A DNA stretch of 48,210 bases from Nocardioides sp. GTDB lineage: Bacteria > Actinomycetota > Actinomycetes > Propionibacteriales > Nocardioidaceae. The stretch lies in the NCBI GenBank assembly GCA_041914085.1, contig JAYSEC010000001.1, positions 3,182-51,391 on the forward strand. The letters run 5' to 3'. This document shows, piece after piece, positions 38,814 through 48,210 of the stretch (position 1 is the first letter of the stretch; the number at the start of each line of letters is the position of its first letter). A model generated the notes under the pieces. That model saw only the letters and a program-made list of their open reading frames with translations. It did not search any database and was not told the origin of the DNA. The translations under genes and the position numbers were made by a program.

Positions 38814-40040
38814 ATGACACCCGCCTTCTCGGCACGCCGGCGTGCCGACGAGTTCGAGGCACTCCTCTCCCGAGGCCCCGACGCACCGCTCGACGAGCGT
38901 GATGCGGCGCGCTTCGCCTCCCTCCTCGACGTCGTCGCCGACCTCCGCGCCCTGCCCGAGGTGGCGCCGCGCGCCGAGTTCGTGGCCTCGCTGCGCGAGC
39001 GCCTGATGGCGGAGGCCGACACCGTCCTGGTCCGTCAGCCGCCGGCCCCCGAGCGGCTCGCGATGCCGGTCGCGTCCCGCCGCCGCAACCGTCGCCTCGG
39101 GGTGCTCCTGGGGGGCGTCGCGATGGCCGGCGCCGCCGCGACGATGGGCGTGGCCGCCCAGACCGCGCTGCCGGGCGAGTCCCTCTACGGCGTGAAGCGC
39201 GGCATCGAGTCCGCGGAGGTCCGCCTCGCCGGCGACGACGCCGCGCGCGGTCGCACGCTCCTCGCCCAGGCCGACACCCGGCTCGCCGAGCTCGAGGAGA
39301 TCGCCGGCGGCCAGGCGCCCGAGGCGCTCGTGCCCGACACCCTCGACACCTTCACCCGCCAGTCCAGCGAGGGCGTCCGCAGCCTGCTCGCGTCGTACGA
39401 CGCCACGGGCACCACGGCCGACGTCCAGGTCGCCCGCGACTTCACCGCCGCCAGCATGGAGCGCCTCGAGTCGCTGGAGGGCCAGCTGCCCGAGAGCGCC
39501 CGCGACGAGCTGCTGGCCGCCGGTCGCACGCTGACCGACCTCGACATCGAGGCCAGCAACGCCTGCGTGACGTGCGGGGGCGGGATCACCACGACACCGG
39601 AGTTCCTGCTGAGCAGCGCACCGGTCGACCTGCTGAGCGGCCTCGACTCCGACGAGCTGACGCTCGAGCCGGCAGCCGCGCCGGTGTCCGGCCAGGACCT
39701 CACCGGCATCACGGTGCCCGAGGTGCTCCAGTCGCCGACGGTCAAGCCCACCACGGCGGTCCCGACCACGACGCCCGAGGTGCTGCCCGACCCGACGCCG
39801 ACGACCAAGCCCGACGTCCCCGGCACGGTCGAGGACACCGTCGAGGACACCGTCGACACCGTCACCGACACGACGAGCGACGTGGTGACCCAGCTCGACG
39901 GCGTCACCGGTGGGGCGCTCGGCGGGCTCACCGGCACCGTCGACAACGCGACCGGCGGCCTGATCAGCGAGGTCACCGGGACCGTCGACGGGCTGACCGG
40001 CAACACGGTCACCAACGCGACCGGCGGGCTGCTGCCCTGA
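38814..40040 (+). CDS. rsbN: RsbN-like anti-sigma factor (DUF5667), single TM, Thr/Gly-rich tail
   Basis: RRRADEF, PRAEFVASLRERL, TM segment, ALPGESLYGVKRGIE; directly downstream of the bldN-like gene. Confidence 0.75.
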   Translation: MTPAFSARRRADEFEALLSRGPDAPLDERDAARFASLLDVVADLRALPEVAPRAEFVASLRERLMAEADTVLVRQPPAPERLAMPVASRRRNRRLGVLLGGVAMAGAAATMGVAAQTALPGESLYGVKRGIESAEVRLAGDDAARGRTLLAQADTRLAELEEIAGGQAPEALVPDTLDTFTRQSSEGVRSLLASYDATGTTADVQVARDFTAASMERLESLEGQLPESARDELLAAGRTLTDLDIEASNACVTCGGGITTTPEFLLSSAPVDLLSGLDSDELTLEPAAAPVSGQDLTGITVPEVLQSPTVKPTTAVPTTTPEVLPDPTPTTKPDVPGTVEDTVEDTVDTVTDTTSDVVTQLDGVTGGALGGLTGTVDNATGGLISEVTGTVDGLTGNTVTNATGGLLP

Positions 40041-40067
40041 CGGTCGGTCCCGGGATCCTGCCGGGAC

Positions 40068-41228
40068 CTAGCTGAAGACCCCGTCGCGCTCGCGCAGCAG
40101 GTCGAACAGCGTGTGCTGGATCGTCTCGCGCACCTGGTCGGTGACGTTGAAGACGAGCATCGGGTCCTCGGCCTCGGCCGGGTCGTAGGCGTCGGTGCGG
40201 ATCGGCTCACCGAACTCGAGGATCCACTTCGACGGCAGCGGCACCAGCCCGAGCGGCCCCAGCCAGGGGAAGAACGGGGTGATCGGGATGTAGGGGACGC
40301 CCAGCAGGCGGGCCAGCGAGGGGACGTTGCCGACCAGCGGGTAGATCTCCTCCGCGCCGACGACCGACAGCGGGATGATCGGCACGCCGGTGCGCAGCGC
40401 GGCGGACACGAAGCCACCGCGGCCGAACCGCTGGAGCTTGTAGCGCTCGCTGAACGGCTTGCCGATGCCCTTGAAGCCCTCGGGCCACACGCCGACGAGG
40501 TCTCCTCCGGACAGCATCCGCTCGGCGTCCTCGGTGCAGGCCAGGGTGGCACCGCTCTTGCGCGCCAGCGAGCTGACGACCGGCAGCTTGAAGACCAGGT
40601 CGGCGCCGAGGGGGCGCAGGAACCGGCCGGCGTGGTCGTGGACGGTCAGCATCGTCATCAGCCCGTCGACGGGCACGGTGCCGGAGTGGTTGGACACGAC
40701 CAGGGCACCGCCCTCGGCCGGGATGTTGTCGAGCCCGCGCACCTCGAGGCGGAACCACTTCTCCGCGACCGGGCGCAGCGCCGACATCAGGAAGCGCTCG
40801 GTGAGCTCGCGGTCGAAGCCGTAGTCGTCGACCTCGTAGTCGCCCTCGAGGCGGCGCCGGACGAACGCCATCAGCTCCGCGAGCCGTCGCTCCCAGTCGT
40901 CGCCGAACACCTCGTGCGCGGCGCCCTGCAGGGCCGAGAGCCAGTCGCCCACCGGGATGCCGGGCAGGGGGCTGCGGTCGGCGGCCCGGGTCGGCTCGCG
41001 CGGTGGAGCCTCCTGCGCGACCGGGGCCTGCTCCGGAGCAGGGGTGGGCTCGGTTGCGGCCTTCCTGGCAGGGGCCTTCCGCGCCGCCGGCTTGCGAGCC
41101 GCCGGCGCGAGGTTGCGCGCCGCGGACGAGGGACGCGCCTTGCCGGTGCCGCGGCCGGGACGCCCGCCGGTGCCGATCGGGATGACCACCGCGTCCTCGC
41201 GGACGTTCTCCTGTGCCTCCTCAGCCAC
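40068..41228 (-). CDS. Lysophospholipid acyltransferase family protein
   Basis: SNHSGTVPVD (HX4-6D), VWPEG, FGRGGF. Confidence 0.9.
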   Translation of the reverse strand: MAEEAQENVREDAVVIPIGTGGRPGRGTGKARPSSAARNLAPAARKPAARKAPARKAATEPTPAPEQAPVAQEAPPREPTRAADRSPLPGIPVGDWLSALQGAAHEVFGDDWERRLAELMAFVRRRLEGDYEVDDYGFDRELTERFLMSALRPVAEKWFRLEVRGLDNIPAEGGALVVSNHSGTVPVDGLMTMLTVHDHAGRFLRPLGADLVFKLPVVSSLARKSGATLACTEDAERMLSGGDLVGVWPEGFKGIGKPFSERYKLQRFGRGGFVSAALRTGVPIIPLSVVGAEEIYPLVGNVPSLARLLGVPYIPITPFFPWLGPLGLVPLPSKWILEFGEPIRTDAYDPAEAEDPMLVFNVTDQVRETIQHTLFDLLRERDGVFS

Positions 41229-42198
41229 GGTCGGCTCCCTCCAGCTCGCTCGGGGAGAGCTCGCGGCAGAAGTCGGCGAAGGCCTCGGCCGTGGTGAACC
41301 GCGGCTCGAAGTGCAGCTGGGTGCGCATCCGGGTGGTGTCCACACCTCGACCGTAGGTGAGGAACCCCAGCTGCTCGGGGGAGAAGTCCGACAGGCGGGC
41401 CTGGCGCATCGTGGCGCCGAGGCGGCCGACGGCGAAGCGCGGCATCGCCACGGACGGGGTGCCGAGCCGGCGTACGGCCTGGCTCAGGGTGAGGAGCCCG
41501 TCGCCGGCGACGTTGAAGGTGCCGGGGGTCCCGGTGACGACGGCGTGGCGCAGGACGCGGAGCAGGTCGTCCTCGTGGAGGAACTGCAGGCGGGGGTCGA
41601 AGCCCAGCACCCGTGGGATCACCGGCAGCCGGAAGTAGTTGGTCAGCGGGCTCGACACGTGGGGGCCGATGACGTTGGCCGCGCGGAGCATGGTGACGCT
41701 GACGTCGGGGCGCCGGCGGGCGAACCCGCGGACGTAGCCCTCGACCTCGAAGACGTCCTTGGCGTAGCCGGAGGACGGCAGGCGCTTGGGGCCCATGTCC
41801 TCGGTGAACATCGCGGGGTCGCGCGGGCTGGAGCCGTAGACGGTGGTCGTGGACTTCACGACGAGGCGCTCGACGGTCGACGACTTCTGGCACGCAGCGA
41901 GCAGCTGCATGGAGCCGATGACGTTGAGCTCCTTCATCGTCCCGCGCCCGCCGGCCGAGCCGGGCGTGGCGATCACGCTCATGTGGACGACGGTGTCGAC
42001 GTCCTCCTTGGCGAGGACCTTCGCGATGACGGGGTTGCGGATGTCGGCGCGGACGAAGGAGACGTCCCCGATGTCGCCCCGCGGGGGGACGACGTCGACG
42101 CCGATCACTCGCTCGATGGACGGGTCGCCGGCCGCGGCGCGCGCGAAGCGTCGCCCTATGTCCCGGGAGATCCCGGTGACCAGCACGACCCGACCCAT
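41221..42198 (-). CDS. NAD-dependent epimerase/dehydratase
   Basis: VLVTGIS, NVIGSM, VYG, QFLHEDD, FNVAG. Confidence 0.88.
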   Translation of the reverse strand: MGRVVLVTGISRDIGRRFARAAAGDPSIERVIGVDVVPPRGDIGDVSFVRADIRNPVIAKVLAKEDVDTVVHMSVIATPGSAGGRGTMKELNVIGSMQLLAACQKSSTVERLVVKSTTTVYGSSPRDPAMFTEDMGPKRLPSSGYAKDVFEVEGYVRGFARRRPDVSVTMLRAANVIGPHVSSPLTNYFRLPVIPRVLGFDPRLQFLHEDDLLRVLRHAVVTGTPGTFNVAGDGLLTLSQAVRRLGTPSVAMPRFAVGRLGATMRQARLSDFSPEQLGFLTYGRGVDTTRMRTQLHFEPRFTTAEAFADFCRELSPSELEGADRG

Positions 42199-42211
42199 GG
42201 GCGAGGGGGTG

Positions 42212-42313
42212 TTACTTGCCGAGCTTGCGGCGCTGGACGCGCGTCTTCTTGAGAAGCTTGCGGTGCTTCTTCTTGGCCATGCGCTTGCGCCGCTTCTTGA
42301 TGACAGAACCCAC
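42212..42313 (-). CDS. 30S ribosomal protein bS22 (33 aa; absent from the ORF track)
   Basis: [33 protein letters not shown]; GAAAGG SD. Confidence 0.93.
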   Translation of the reverse strand: MGSVIKKRRKRMAKKKHRKLLKKTRVQRRKLGK

Positions 42314-42415
42314 GGTGAGACCTTTCCTTTCGGCCGACGCTCGTCGGCCGGACCCGCACACCCTACTTGGCAGGGGTGTGCAGTGCGGAATCGAGTCCGG
42401 GCGGGACCAGGGGGC

Positions 42416-42622
42416 TCAGCCTGCGTTGTAGAAGCTCTTGCGGAGGTACTCGTTCACGTCGTCCTCGGTGACGCGGAAGGAGCGGCCGACGCGGACCGCC
42501 GGCAGCTCGCCACCGTGCACGAGCCGGTAGACCGTCATCTTCGAGACGCGCATCTTGGCCGCGACCTCGGCGATCGTGAGGAAGTGGGCCTCGGACATGT
42601 CGCCAGGGGTGTTCTCAGCCAT
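42416..42622 (-). CDS. Small MerR/excisionase-type HTH protein (Rv0500A/BdtA-like)
   Basis: FLTIAEVA..MRVSKMTVYRLVH.GEL.AVRVGRSFRV; conserved position next to bS22. Confidence 0.88.
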   Translation of the reverse strand: MAENTPGDMSEAHFLTIAEVAAKMRVSKMTVYRLVHGGELPAVRVGRSFRVTEDDVNEYLRKSFYNAG

Positions 42623-42805
42623 GGTGTGTGCACCGATCCTTCTCGCGGCGACGGCGCCGGCTTCCGCGCCGGCGTCACAGGCGTGCCGCTAACGACTGAG
42701 ATTAGGGCTCGCGTGACGCGTGGGGAAGAGGAATGCCAGAGAAACTTGTGGGACTCGCGGCGTGTCGGTTTGATTCTTTACCGTCCCGACCTCCGCGCCC
42801 GTCTC

Positions 42806-43987
42806 TCAGGGCAGCGGGTCGAGGCCGTGCAACGGGAAGACCTCCATCCGGGTGGCGTGGATCGCGCGGTCCAGCCAGGTCTCCGGGTCGTAGCCGCCGG
42901 ACCAGTCGCGGTAGGCCGGCGTACGACCGTCGGTCATCCGGTGCGGGGCGCTCGCCCCGAGCACCTCCTCGACGTAGGCCCGCCACCCGGGAGGCGTCGG
43001 GGTGGTCGGCTCGAGCGGACGCCCCGAGGCGATGGCGAGCAGGTGGGTCCAGGCCCTCGGCACCACGTCCACCACGGAGTAGCCACCGCCGCCGGTGACG
43101 ACCCAGCGCCCGTCGGCGACCTCGTGGGCGAGGTCGTGGAGGGCGAGGTACGCCGCGCGCTGCCCGTCGACGCTGAGCATCATGTGGGCGAGCGGGTCGT
43201 TCATGTGCGAGTCGCAGCCGTGCTGGGTGACCAGCACCTGGGGCCGGAACTCCCGCAGCAGCGGGGGTACGACGGCGTGGAAGGCGCGCAGCCAGCCGGC
43301 ATCGGCGGTGCCGGGCGGGAGTGCCACGTTGACGGCGCTCCCCTCGGCGCCGGGGCCGCCGGTGTCGGTCGGGAAGCCCGTGCCGGGGAAGAGCATCTGA
43401 CCGGTCTCGTGCAGCGAGATCGTCAGCACCCGCGGGTCGTCGTAGAAGATCGTCTCCACGCCGTCGCCGTGGTGGACGTCGATGTCGACGTAGGCCACCC
43501 GCTCGACGCCCTCGGCGAGCAGCTGCGTGATGCCCACCGCGACGTCGTTGTAGATGCAGAACCCGCTGGCCCGGTCGGGCATCGCGTGGTGCAGGCCGCC
43601 GGCGATGTTCACCGCGTGCAGCGACTCCCCGCTCCAGACCTGCCGGAACGCCTCGAGGCTCGCGCCCACCACGTGGGCGCTCGCGAGGTGCATGTCCTTG
43701 AAGACCGGGTCGTCCTCGGTGCCGAGCCCGCGTGCGGCGTCCTCGAAGCCCGGCGTCACGCCGGCGCGGGTGACCGCGTCGATCAGACCCTGCTCGTGGA
43801 CGGTCGCGATCTGCTCGTCCGTGGCCACCGGTGCATCGACGCGCTTGATCCCGTCGAGGACGCCGAGCTCCTCGGCCAGCCGCATCGTCAGGTCGACGCG
43901 GATCGGCGACATGGGGTGAGTCGGGCCGAAGTTGTACTCCGTGAGCGTCTGGTCGAAGACGACCGACGTGGGACCCGCGCACTCCAT
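42806..43987 (-). CDS. acuC: AcuC / histone deacetylase family protein
   Basis: HPM, GGLHHA, ASGFC, DIDVHHGDG, GCDSH, GGGGY. Confidence 0.92.
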   Translation of the reverse strand: MECAGPTSVVFDQTLTEYNFGPTHPMSPIRVDLTMRLAEELGVLDGIKRVDAPVATDEQIATVHEQGLIDAVTRAGVTPGFEDAARGLGTEDDPVFKDMHLASAHVVGASLEAFRQVWSGESLHAVNIAGGLHHAMPDRASGFCIYNDVAVGITQLLAEGVERVAYVDIDVHHGDGVETIFYDDPRVLTISLHETGQMLFPGTGFPTDTGGPGAEGSAVNVALPPGTADAGWLRAFHAVVPPLLREFRPQVLVTQHGCDSHMNDPLAHMMLSVDGQRAAYLALHDLAHEVADGRWVVTGGGGYSVVDVVPRAWTHLLAIASGRPLEPTTPTPPGWRAYVEEVLGASAPHRMTDGRTPAYRDWSGGYDPETWLDRAIHATRMEVFPLHGLDPLP

Positions 43988-44057
43988 GTGGCGGACGTTA
44001 CTCCCGCTCCGGGCATTCGCCGACCAGTGGTCCGTCCGTGAGCACGGTCGTCCGCGG

Positions 44058-44633
44058 TCAGCTCAGGCGCCCGTTCCGGGCGAGCGAGGTCATCTGCTCG
44101 ACCGTGATCGACGGGGAGGCGAGGCCGGTGAGCGCGCCGCCCCACCGCTCGGGCGAGCTGACGAACATGCTCACGTCGCCCGTCGAGGGGTCCTGGCCGA
44201 CCCACACCTCCGCCGACGCGCCGCTCTCCAGCTCGACCGGCCGGGCCCACCCCGGCAGCTCGCCCGGGTCGTAGACGCGGAGGAACTGGTCGTCGATGGG
44301 CGCCTCGTCGGCGCCCCGCTCGTAGGTGAACGTCATGCCGGCGAGGGTGAGCGTCTCGGTCACCGTGTCCTCACCGGACGGGGTCGCGGACGGCGCAGAC
44401 GTGGTGGGACCGGGTGCGGCGTCGGGCGTCGCCGGTGACGTCGCGTCGCCGGTCGAGCCGAGCACGAGCACGGCGGCCGCCACCGCGCCGGCGGCCGGCA
44501 GGGCCACCCAGCCCGGGGCCGCCCACGCGGGACGGGTGCGCACCCGCGGCACCGCGCCGTCGTACGTCATGTGGCGGGTGTCCTCCTCGAACGCCGCACG
44601 CAGCTGTCGGGTCAGGTCGTCATCGGTCAGCAC
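44058..44633 (-). CDS. Probable anti-sigma membrane protein
   Basis: DDLTRQLRAAF N-terminus, single TM, Pro/Thr linker; overlaps the 3' end of the ECF sigma gene. Confidence 0.65.
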   Translation of the reverse strand: MLTDDDLTRQLRAAFEEDTRHMTYDGAVPRVRTRPAWAAPGWVALPAAGAVAAAVLVLGSTGDATSPATPDAAPGPTTSAPSATPSGEDTVTETLTLAGMTFTYERGADEAPIDDQFLRVYDPGELPGWARPVELESGASAEVWVGQDPSTGDVSMFVSSPERWGGALTGLASPSITVEQMTSLARNGRLS

Positions 44634-45126
44634 TGGTCTTCTCCCTCTCACTGGTCAACGCGGCCCGGAGGCGGTCCAGGGCGCGTGCGGTCTGTGACTT
44701 GACGGTGCCCGTCGAGCAGCCGAGCGCGGCGGCGGTGTCGGCGACGCTGAGGTCGTCGAAGTAGCGCAGCACCAGCACCGCGCGCTGGCCGGGCGGCAGC
44801 TGCCGCACGGCCGCGAGCAGCAGCTCCCGGTCGGCGAGCCCGTCGGTCACGGGCACGGCGACGTCGATCTCCAGCGGCGCCTCGCCGAACCGGCGGCGCA
44901 GCAGCCGCCACCGGTCCCGGGCGAGGTTGACCACCACGCGCCGGGCGTACGCGTCGGGGTCGCGTCGCGCCGCCGACCACCTCCGGGCCGTCCGCAGCAG
45001 GGCCGTCTGGACGAGGTCCTCCGCGTGGCCGTGGTCCCCGCAGAGCAGGAGGGCGGTGCGGAGCAACCGGTCCGAGGAGCGGCGGGCGAAGGCCTCGAAG
45101 GCGGCCTGGTCGGGCCGGTCGAGCAT
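44620..45126 (-). CDS. SigE-family ECF sigma factor
   Basis: AEDLVQTAL, QRAVLVLRYFDDLSVADTA, GTVKSQT. Confidence 0.9.
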   Translation of the reverse strand: MLDRPDQAAFEAFARRSSDRLLRTALLLCGDHGHAEDLVQTALLRTARRWSAARRDPDAYARRVVVNLARDRWRLLRRRFGEAPLEIDVAVPVTDGLADRELLLAAVRQLPPGQRAVLVLRYFDDLSVADTAAALGCSTGTVKSQTARALDRLRAALTSEREKTSADR

Positions 45127-45152
45127 CGGGTGTCGTCTCGTCACACCCACCT

Positions 45153-45180
45153 CAACTCCACCGGAGCAGGGGAGGTTGTC
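45153..45180 (-). promoter_or_regulatory. Possible autoregulatory ECF promoter
   Basis: GACAAC-N16-GAGTTG ending 26 nt before the ATG. Confidence 0.4.
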
Positions 45181-45187
45181 AGGTCGG

Positions 45188-45988
45188 TCAGGAGCCCTCG
45201 GCGAGCTCGCGCGAACGGTTGCGCGCGGCCTCCATCGCGGCGAGGAAGGCGGCGCGGACCTTGTGGATCTCCAGCTCCCGCAGCGCCGAGGCCGTGGTCC
45301 CGCTGGGCGAGGTGACCTGCTCGCGGAGCACGACGGGGTGGGTGCCGGTCTCGCGGAGCATCGCGGCGGACCCGACCAGCGTCTGCACGACCAGGTCGGT
45401 CGCCGTCGCCCGCGGCAGGCCGAGGTGGACGCCCGCCTCGATCATCGACTCGACGACGAAGAAGATGTAGGCCGGACCGGATCCGGAGATCGCGGTGACC
45501 GCGTCCATCTGCTTCTCCGGGATGCGGAGCACCTTGCCCGTGGAGGCCATCAGCGACTCGACCTCCGCCAGGTGCGCGTCGTCGCAGTGGGAGCCCGGTG
45601 AGATCGCCGCCATCCCCTCGTCGACGAGCGCCGGCGTGTTGGGCATGACCCGGACGACGGCGACGCCCTCCGGCACGCGCGACTCGATGAAGGAGGTCGT
45701 GATGCCCGCGGCGAGGGACACGACCAGCTGCCCGGCACGCAGCTCGGGCGAGATCTCCTCGAGGACGTCGCCCATGTCCTGCGGCTTGACGACGAGGGCG
45801 ACGGTGTCGGCCTTCGCGGCGGCCTCGCGGTTGGAGACGACGGCGACGCCGTAGCGCTCCTCGAGCTCCCGGGCCCGCTCGGCACGTTTCTCGCCGACCA
45901 TCAGCTGGTCGACGCGGCGACCGGCACGCACCAGACCGGACAGGAGGGTCTCCCCCATCACGCCGGCGCCGATGATCGCTGTGCTCAT
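45188..45988 (-). CDS. proC: Pyrroline-5-carboxylate reductase
   Basis: GAGVMG, VKPQ, RVMPNTP, SGSGPAY, VTSPSGTT. Confidence 0.96.
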   Translation of the reverse strand: MSTAIIGAGVMGETLLSGLVRAGRRVDQLMVGEKRAERARELEERYGVAVVSNREAAAKADTVALVVKPQDMGDVLEEISPELRAGQLVVSLAAGITTSFIESRVPEGVAVVRVMPNTPALVDEGMAAISPGSHCDDAHLAEVESLMASTGKVLRIPEKQMDAVTAISGSGPAYIFFVVESMIEAGVHLGLPRATATDLVVQTLVGSAAMLRETGTHPVVLREQVTSPSGTTASALRELEIHKVRAAFLAAMEAARNRSRELAEGS

Positions 45989-46020
45989 GCGGTCAATCTA
46001 TCGGCTGGATCTGGACGGTC

Positions 46021-46956
46021 TCACTTCTTGGAGACGAGCGACCGCAGGAAGAACGCGAGGTTCTGGGGCTTCTCGGCCAGGCGGCGCATGAGGTAGCCGT
46101 ACCACTCGGTGCCGTAGGGGATGTAGACGCGCACCGTCTCGCCCGCGGCAGCGAGCCGCTTCTGCTCCTCCGGCCGGATGCCGTAGAGCATCTGGAACTC
46201 GTAGGTGCCCGGCCGGCGGCCGAAGCGGCTCGCGAGGGAGGAGGCGATCTGCACCATCCGCGGGTCGTGGGTGGCGATCATCGGGTAGCCCTGGCCACCG
46301 AGCAGCACCTTCAGGCAGCGGACGTAGGACTTGTCGATCTCGACCTTGTCCTGGAAGGCGACCTCCTCGGGCTCCATGTAGGCGCCCTTGCAGAGACGCA
46401 CGCGGGAGCCCTCGTAGGCGAGCGCGCGGCAGTCGGCCTCGGTGCGGTGCAGCATCGCCTGCAGCACGGCACCGGTCTCCGGGAAGTCCTTGCGCAGCTC
46501 ACGCAGGATGGTGAGCGTGGAGTCGGTGGTGGTGTGGTCCTCCATGTCGAGGGTCACCGTGGTGCCGGCGTTGCGGGCGGCACGGCAGATGTCGCGGGCG
46601 TTCTCGAGCGCGACCTTGTGGCCGTTGTCGGGCAGGAACTGCCCGATCGCGCTCAGCTTCACCGAGACCTCCGCGTGCGGGGCGAGGCCCTTCGCGGACA
46701 GGTCGGCCAGCAGCTCCTTGTAGGCCGCCACGGTGGCGTCGGCCTGCGCGGCGTCGGTGGTGTCCTCACCGAGGTAGTCCAGGGTGACGCGGAGCCCGTC
46801 CTGCACGAGCGTCGAGGTGGCGGCGACTGCCTCATCGGTGCCCTCACCGGGCACGTAGCTCGTCACGATCCCGCTGGAGACGGGCATCGTGGAGACGAGC
46901 TTCTTGACCCCCTCGCTGCGGGCGAGGAGGAGGATCGGCTGGCGGAGCAACGACAT
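46021..46956 (-). CDS. Monofunctional proline dehydrogenase
   Basis: SVKLSA, LDMED, RLCKGAY, ATHD, QMLYG, YLMRRLAE. Confidence 0.95.
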   Translation of the reverse strand: MSLLRQPILLLARSEGVKKLVSTMPVSSGIVTSYVPGEGTDEAVAATSTLVQDGLRVTLDYLGEDTTDAAQADATVAAYKELLADLSAKGLAPHAEVSVKLSAIGQFLPDNGHKVALENARDICRAARNAGTTVTLDMEDHTTTDSTLTILRELRKDFPETGAVLQAMLHRTEADCRALAYEGSRVRLCKGAYMEPEEVAFQDKVEIDKSYVRCLKVLLGGQGYPMIATHDPRMVQIASSLASRFGRRPGTYEFQMLYGIRPEEQKRLAAAGETVRVYIPYGTEWYGYLMRRLAEKPQNLAFFLRSLVSKK

Positions 46957-47038
46957 GGAGCGAAGGCTACGCCGATCCCCACCGAACCTTCACACCTCCT
47001 CCACCCCTCCCGGCGACCGTCGTGCCTAGCGTGGATCC

Positions 47039-47437
47039 ATGACCTCGACCACCGGTTCCCGCCTCGCCGGCTCCTCCCCGGCCCAGCGCTACCTGCTCGC
47101 CCTCGGCGCCTCGCTCCTCACCGTGCTCCTCCTGCTCTTCGGCATCGGCGCCCTGGGCATCGTCGGCGAGGGCGACCGCGACGCGATCTACCTCGCCGCG
47201 CCCGCCGTCGCGCTCGTCGTCGCCGTCGCCACGCGGTTCCGGGCCGGCGGGATGGCCGTCGCGCTCGCGGCCGCCTCGGTCACCACCGTCGTGGCCGGCG
47301 TGGTCGCCGTCGTGCTCGTCGCGACCGACCGCGAGGAGGCCTCGCTCGTCGACGTGGTCGGCATCTCCGGGATGTACGCCGTCCTCTTCGCGTTCGCGGC
47401 GTGGCTGTTCACCCGGGTCAGGGCGTCCGGCGCCTGA
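47039..47437 (+). CDS. Hypothetical four-TM membrane protein
   Basis: Four hydrophobic segments; TAGCGT -10 six nt before ATG. Confidence 0.7.
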   Translation: MTSTTGSRLAGSSPAQRYLLALGASLLTVLLLLFGIGALGIVGEGDRDAIYLAAPAVALVVAVATRFRAGGMAVALAAASVTTVVAGVVAVVLVATDREEASLVDVVGISGMYAVLFAFAAWLFTRVRASGA

Positions 47438-48155
47438 GGGTCGCTGCCCCCAGCGCCAGCGCGGCGAGCGCGAAGCAGGCCACGACCGCGACCGAGCGCC
47501 AGATCGCCCCCGTGTCGGCGGCGCCGACGAGCTCCTGCATCGCGTCGACGGCGTACGACATCGGCAGCACGTCGCTGATCGCCTCGAGCACGCCGGGCAT
47601 CGCCTCGCGCGGCACGAACAGGCCGCACAGCAGGATCTGCGGGAGGACGAACGCCGGCATGAACTGGACCGCCTGGAACTCGGTGGTCGCGAAGGCGCTG
47701 ACCAGCAGGCCGAGCGCGGTGCCGAGCACGGCGTCCGCCACCGCGACCACCCCGAGCAGCCAGACCGATCCCTGCACCTCGAGCCCGAGCAGGCCCACGC
47801 TCACCGCCACGGCCAGCGCCGACTGCACGGCGGCCAGCAGCCCGAAGGCGAGCGCGTAGCCGACCAGGAAGTCGAGCTTGCCCATCGGCATGGTGAGCAG
47901 GCGCTCGAGGGTCCCCGACGACCGCTCGCGCAGCGTGGTCACGCTCGTCACCAGGAACATCACGATGAACGGGAACATCGCCAGCAGCCCCGGGCCGAAC
48001 CGGTCGAAGAGGTCGCCGGGGAGGTCCTCGAACATCCACCACAGCAGGCTGATCAGCACGCACGGGACGACGAGGAGCATCGCGAGCGTGCGGTGGTCGC
48101 GGCGCACCTGGGTGAGCACGCGACCAGCGACGGCGAGGGTGGTCCTGGCGTTCAC
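47418..48155 (-). CDS. ABC-2 type transporter permease
   Basis: RDHRT, RERSSGTLERL, EFQAVQF, PMSYAV. Confidence 0.9.
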   Translation of the reverse strand: MNARTTLAVAGRVLTQVRRDHRTLAMLLVVPCVLISLLWWMFEDLPGDLFDRFGPGLLAMFPFIVMFLVTSVTTLRERSSGTLERLLTMPMGKLDFLVGYALAFGLLAAVQSALAVAVSVGLLGLEVQGSVWLLGVVAVADAVLGTALGLLVSAFATTEFQAVQFMPAFVLPQILLCGLFVPREAMPGVLEAISDVLPMSYAVDAMQELVGAADTGAIWRSVAVVACFALAALALGAATLRRRTP

Positions 48156-48210
48156 GAGGCGGGCTCCGTGTCCTCGACGAGGTGCAGGAACGCCGCCTCG
48201 ATGTCGGCCG
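48152..48210 (-). CDS. ABC transporter ATP-binding protein, 3' fragment
   Basis: ADIEAAFLHLVEDTEPAS*, typical ABC-2 ATPase tail; the stop overlaps the permease GTG. Confidence 0.7.
   Translation of the reverse strand, partial: ADIEAAFLHLVEDTEPAS

Noticed and set aside
39820-40040. Thr/Gly/Val repeats (GTVEDTVEDT, TGG) at the end of the anti-sigma gene
   Set aside because: Low-complexity coding tail, not a DNA repeat element
42416-42622. Excisionase-like HTH as evidence of a prophage or integrative element
   Set aside because: Conserved chromosomal gene next to bS22; no integrase, att site or phage genes nearby
42653-42676. Hairpin GGCGCCGG-N8-CCGGCGTC in the leader of the HTH gene
   Set aside because: Short GC stems are common by chance at this base composition; needs a covariation analysis that I cannot run
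45188-46956. proC adjacent to proline dehydrogenase (opposing reactions)
   Set aside because: Commonly seen arrangement in actinomycetes, and each gene has its own -10 element

Overview
Very GC-rich actinobacterial chromosome segment; gene order and protein style suggest Nocardioides or a relative (inference). It is mostly core respiratory and cofactor genome: the start of the nuo operon (nuoA-D), a scattered menaquinone pathway (menG, menF, menD, menC, menE, menA), System II cytochrome c maturation (resA, resB, ccsB), the rex-hemA-hemC-hemD-hemB and hemL heme genes, a BldN/RsbN-like sigma/anti-sigma pair, bS22, acuC, proC and a proline dehydrogenase. Accessory genes are interspersed. I found no tRNA, rRNA, CRISPR array, transposase or integrase. 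Best leads: (1) two tandem paralogous AMP-binding-fold proteins that lack all adenylation motifs, followed by an orphan roadblock-like gene; (2) a cytochrome c maturation operon in which the ccdA slot holds only a 6-codon ORF overlapping both neighbours, and resA appears to start at CTG; (3) a shared 15-bp BldN-type promoter element upstream of both the anti-sigma gene and a lytic transglycosylase; (4) an AlkZ/YcaQ-like protein lacking the catalytic QxQ/QxD motif. Start codons were re-picked by eye from SD and -10 context. All family assignments come from recalled motifs, not database searches.
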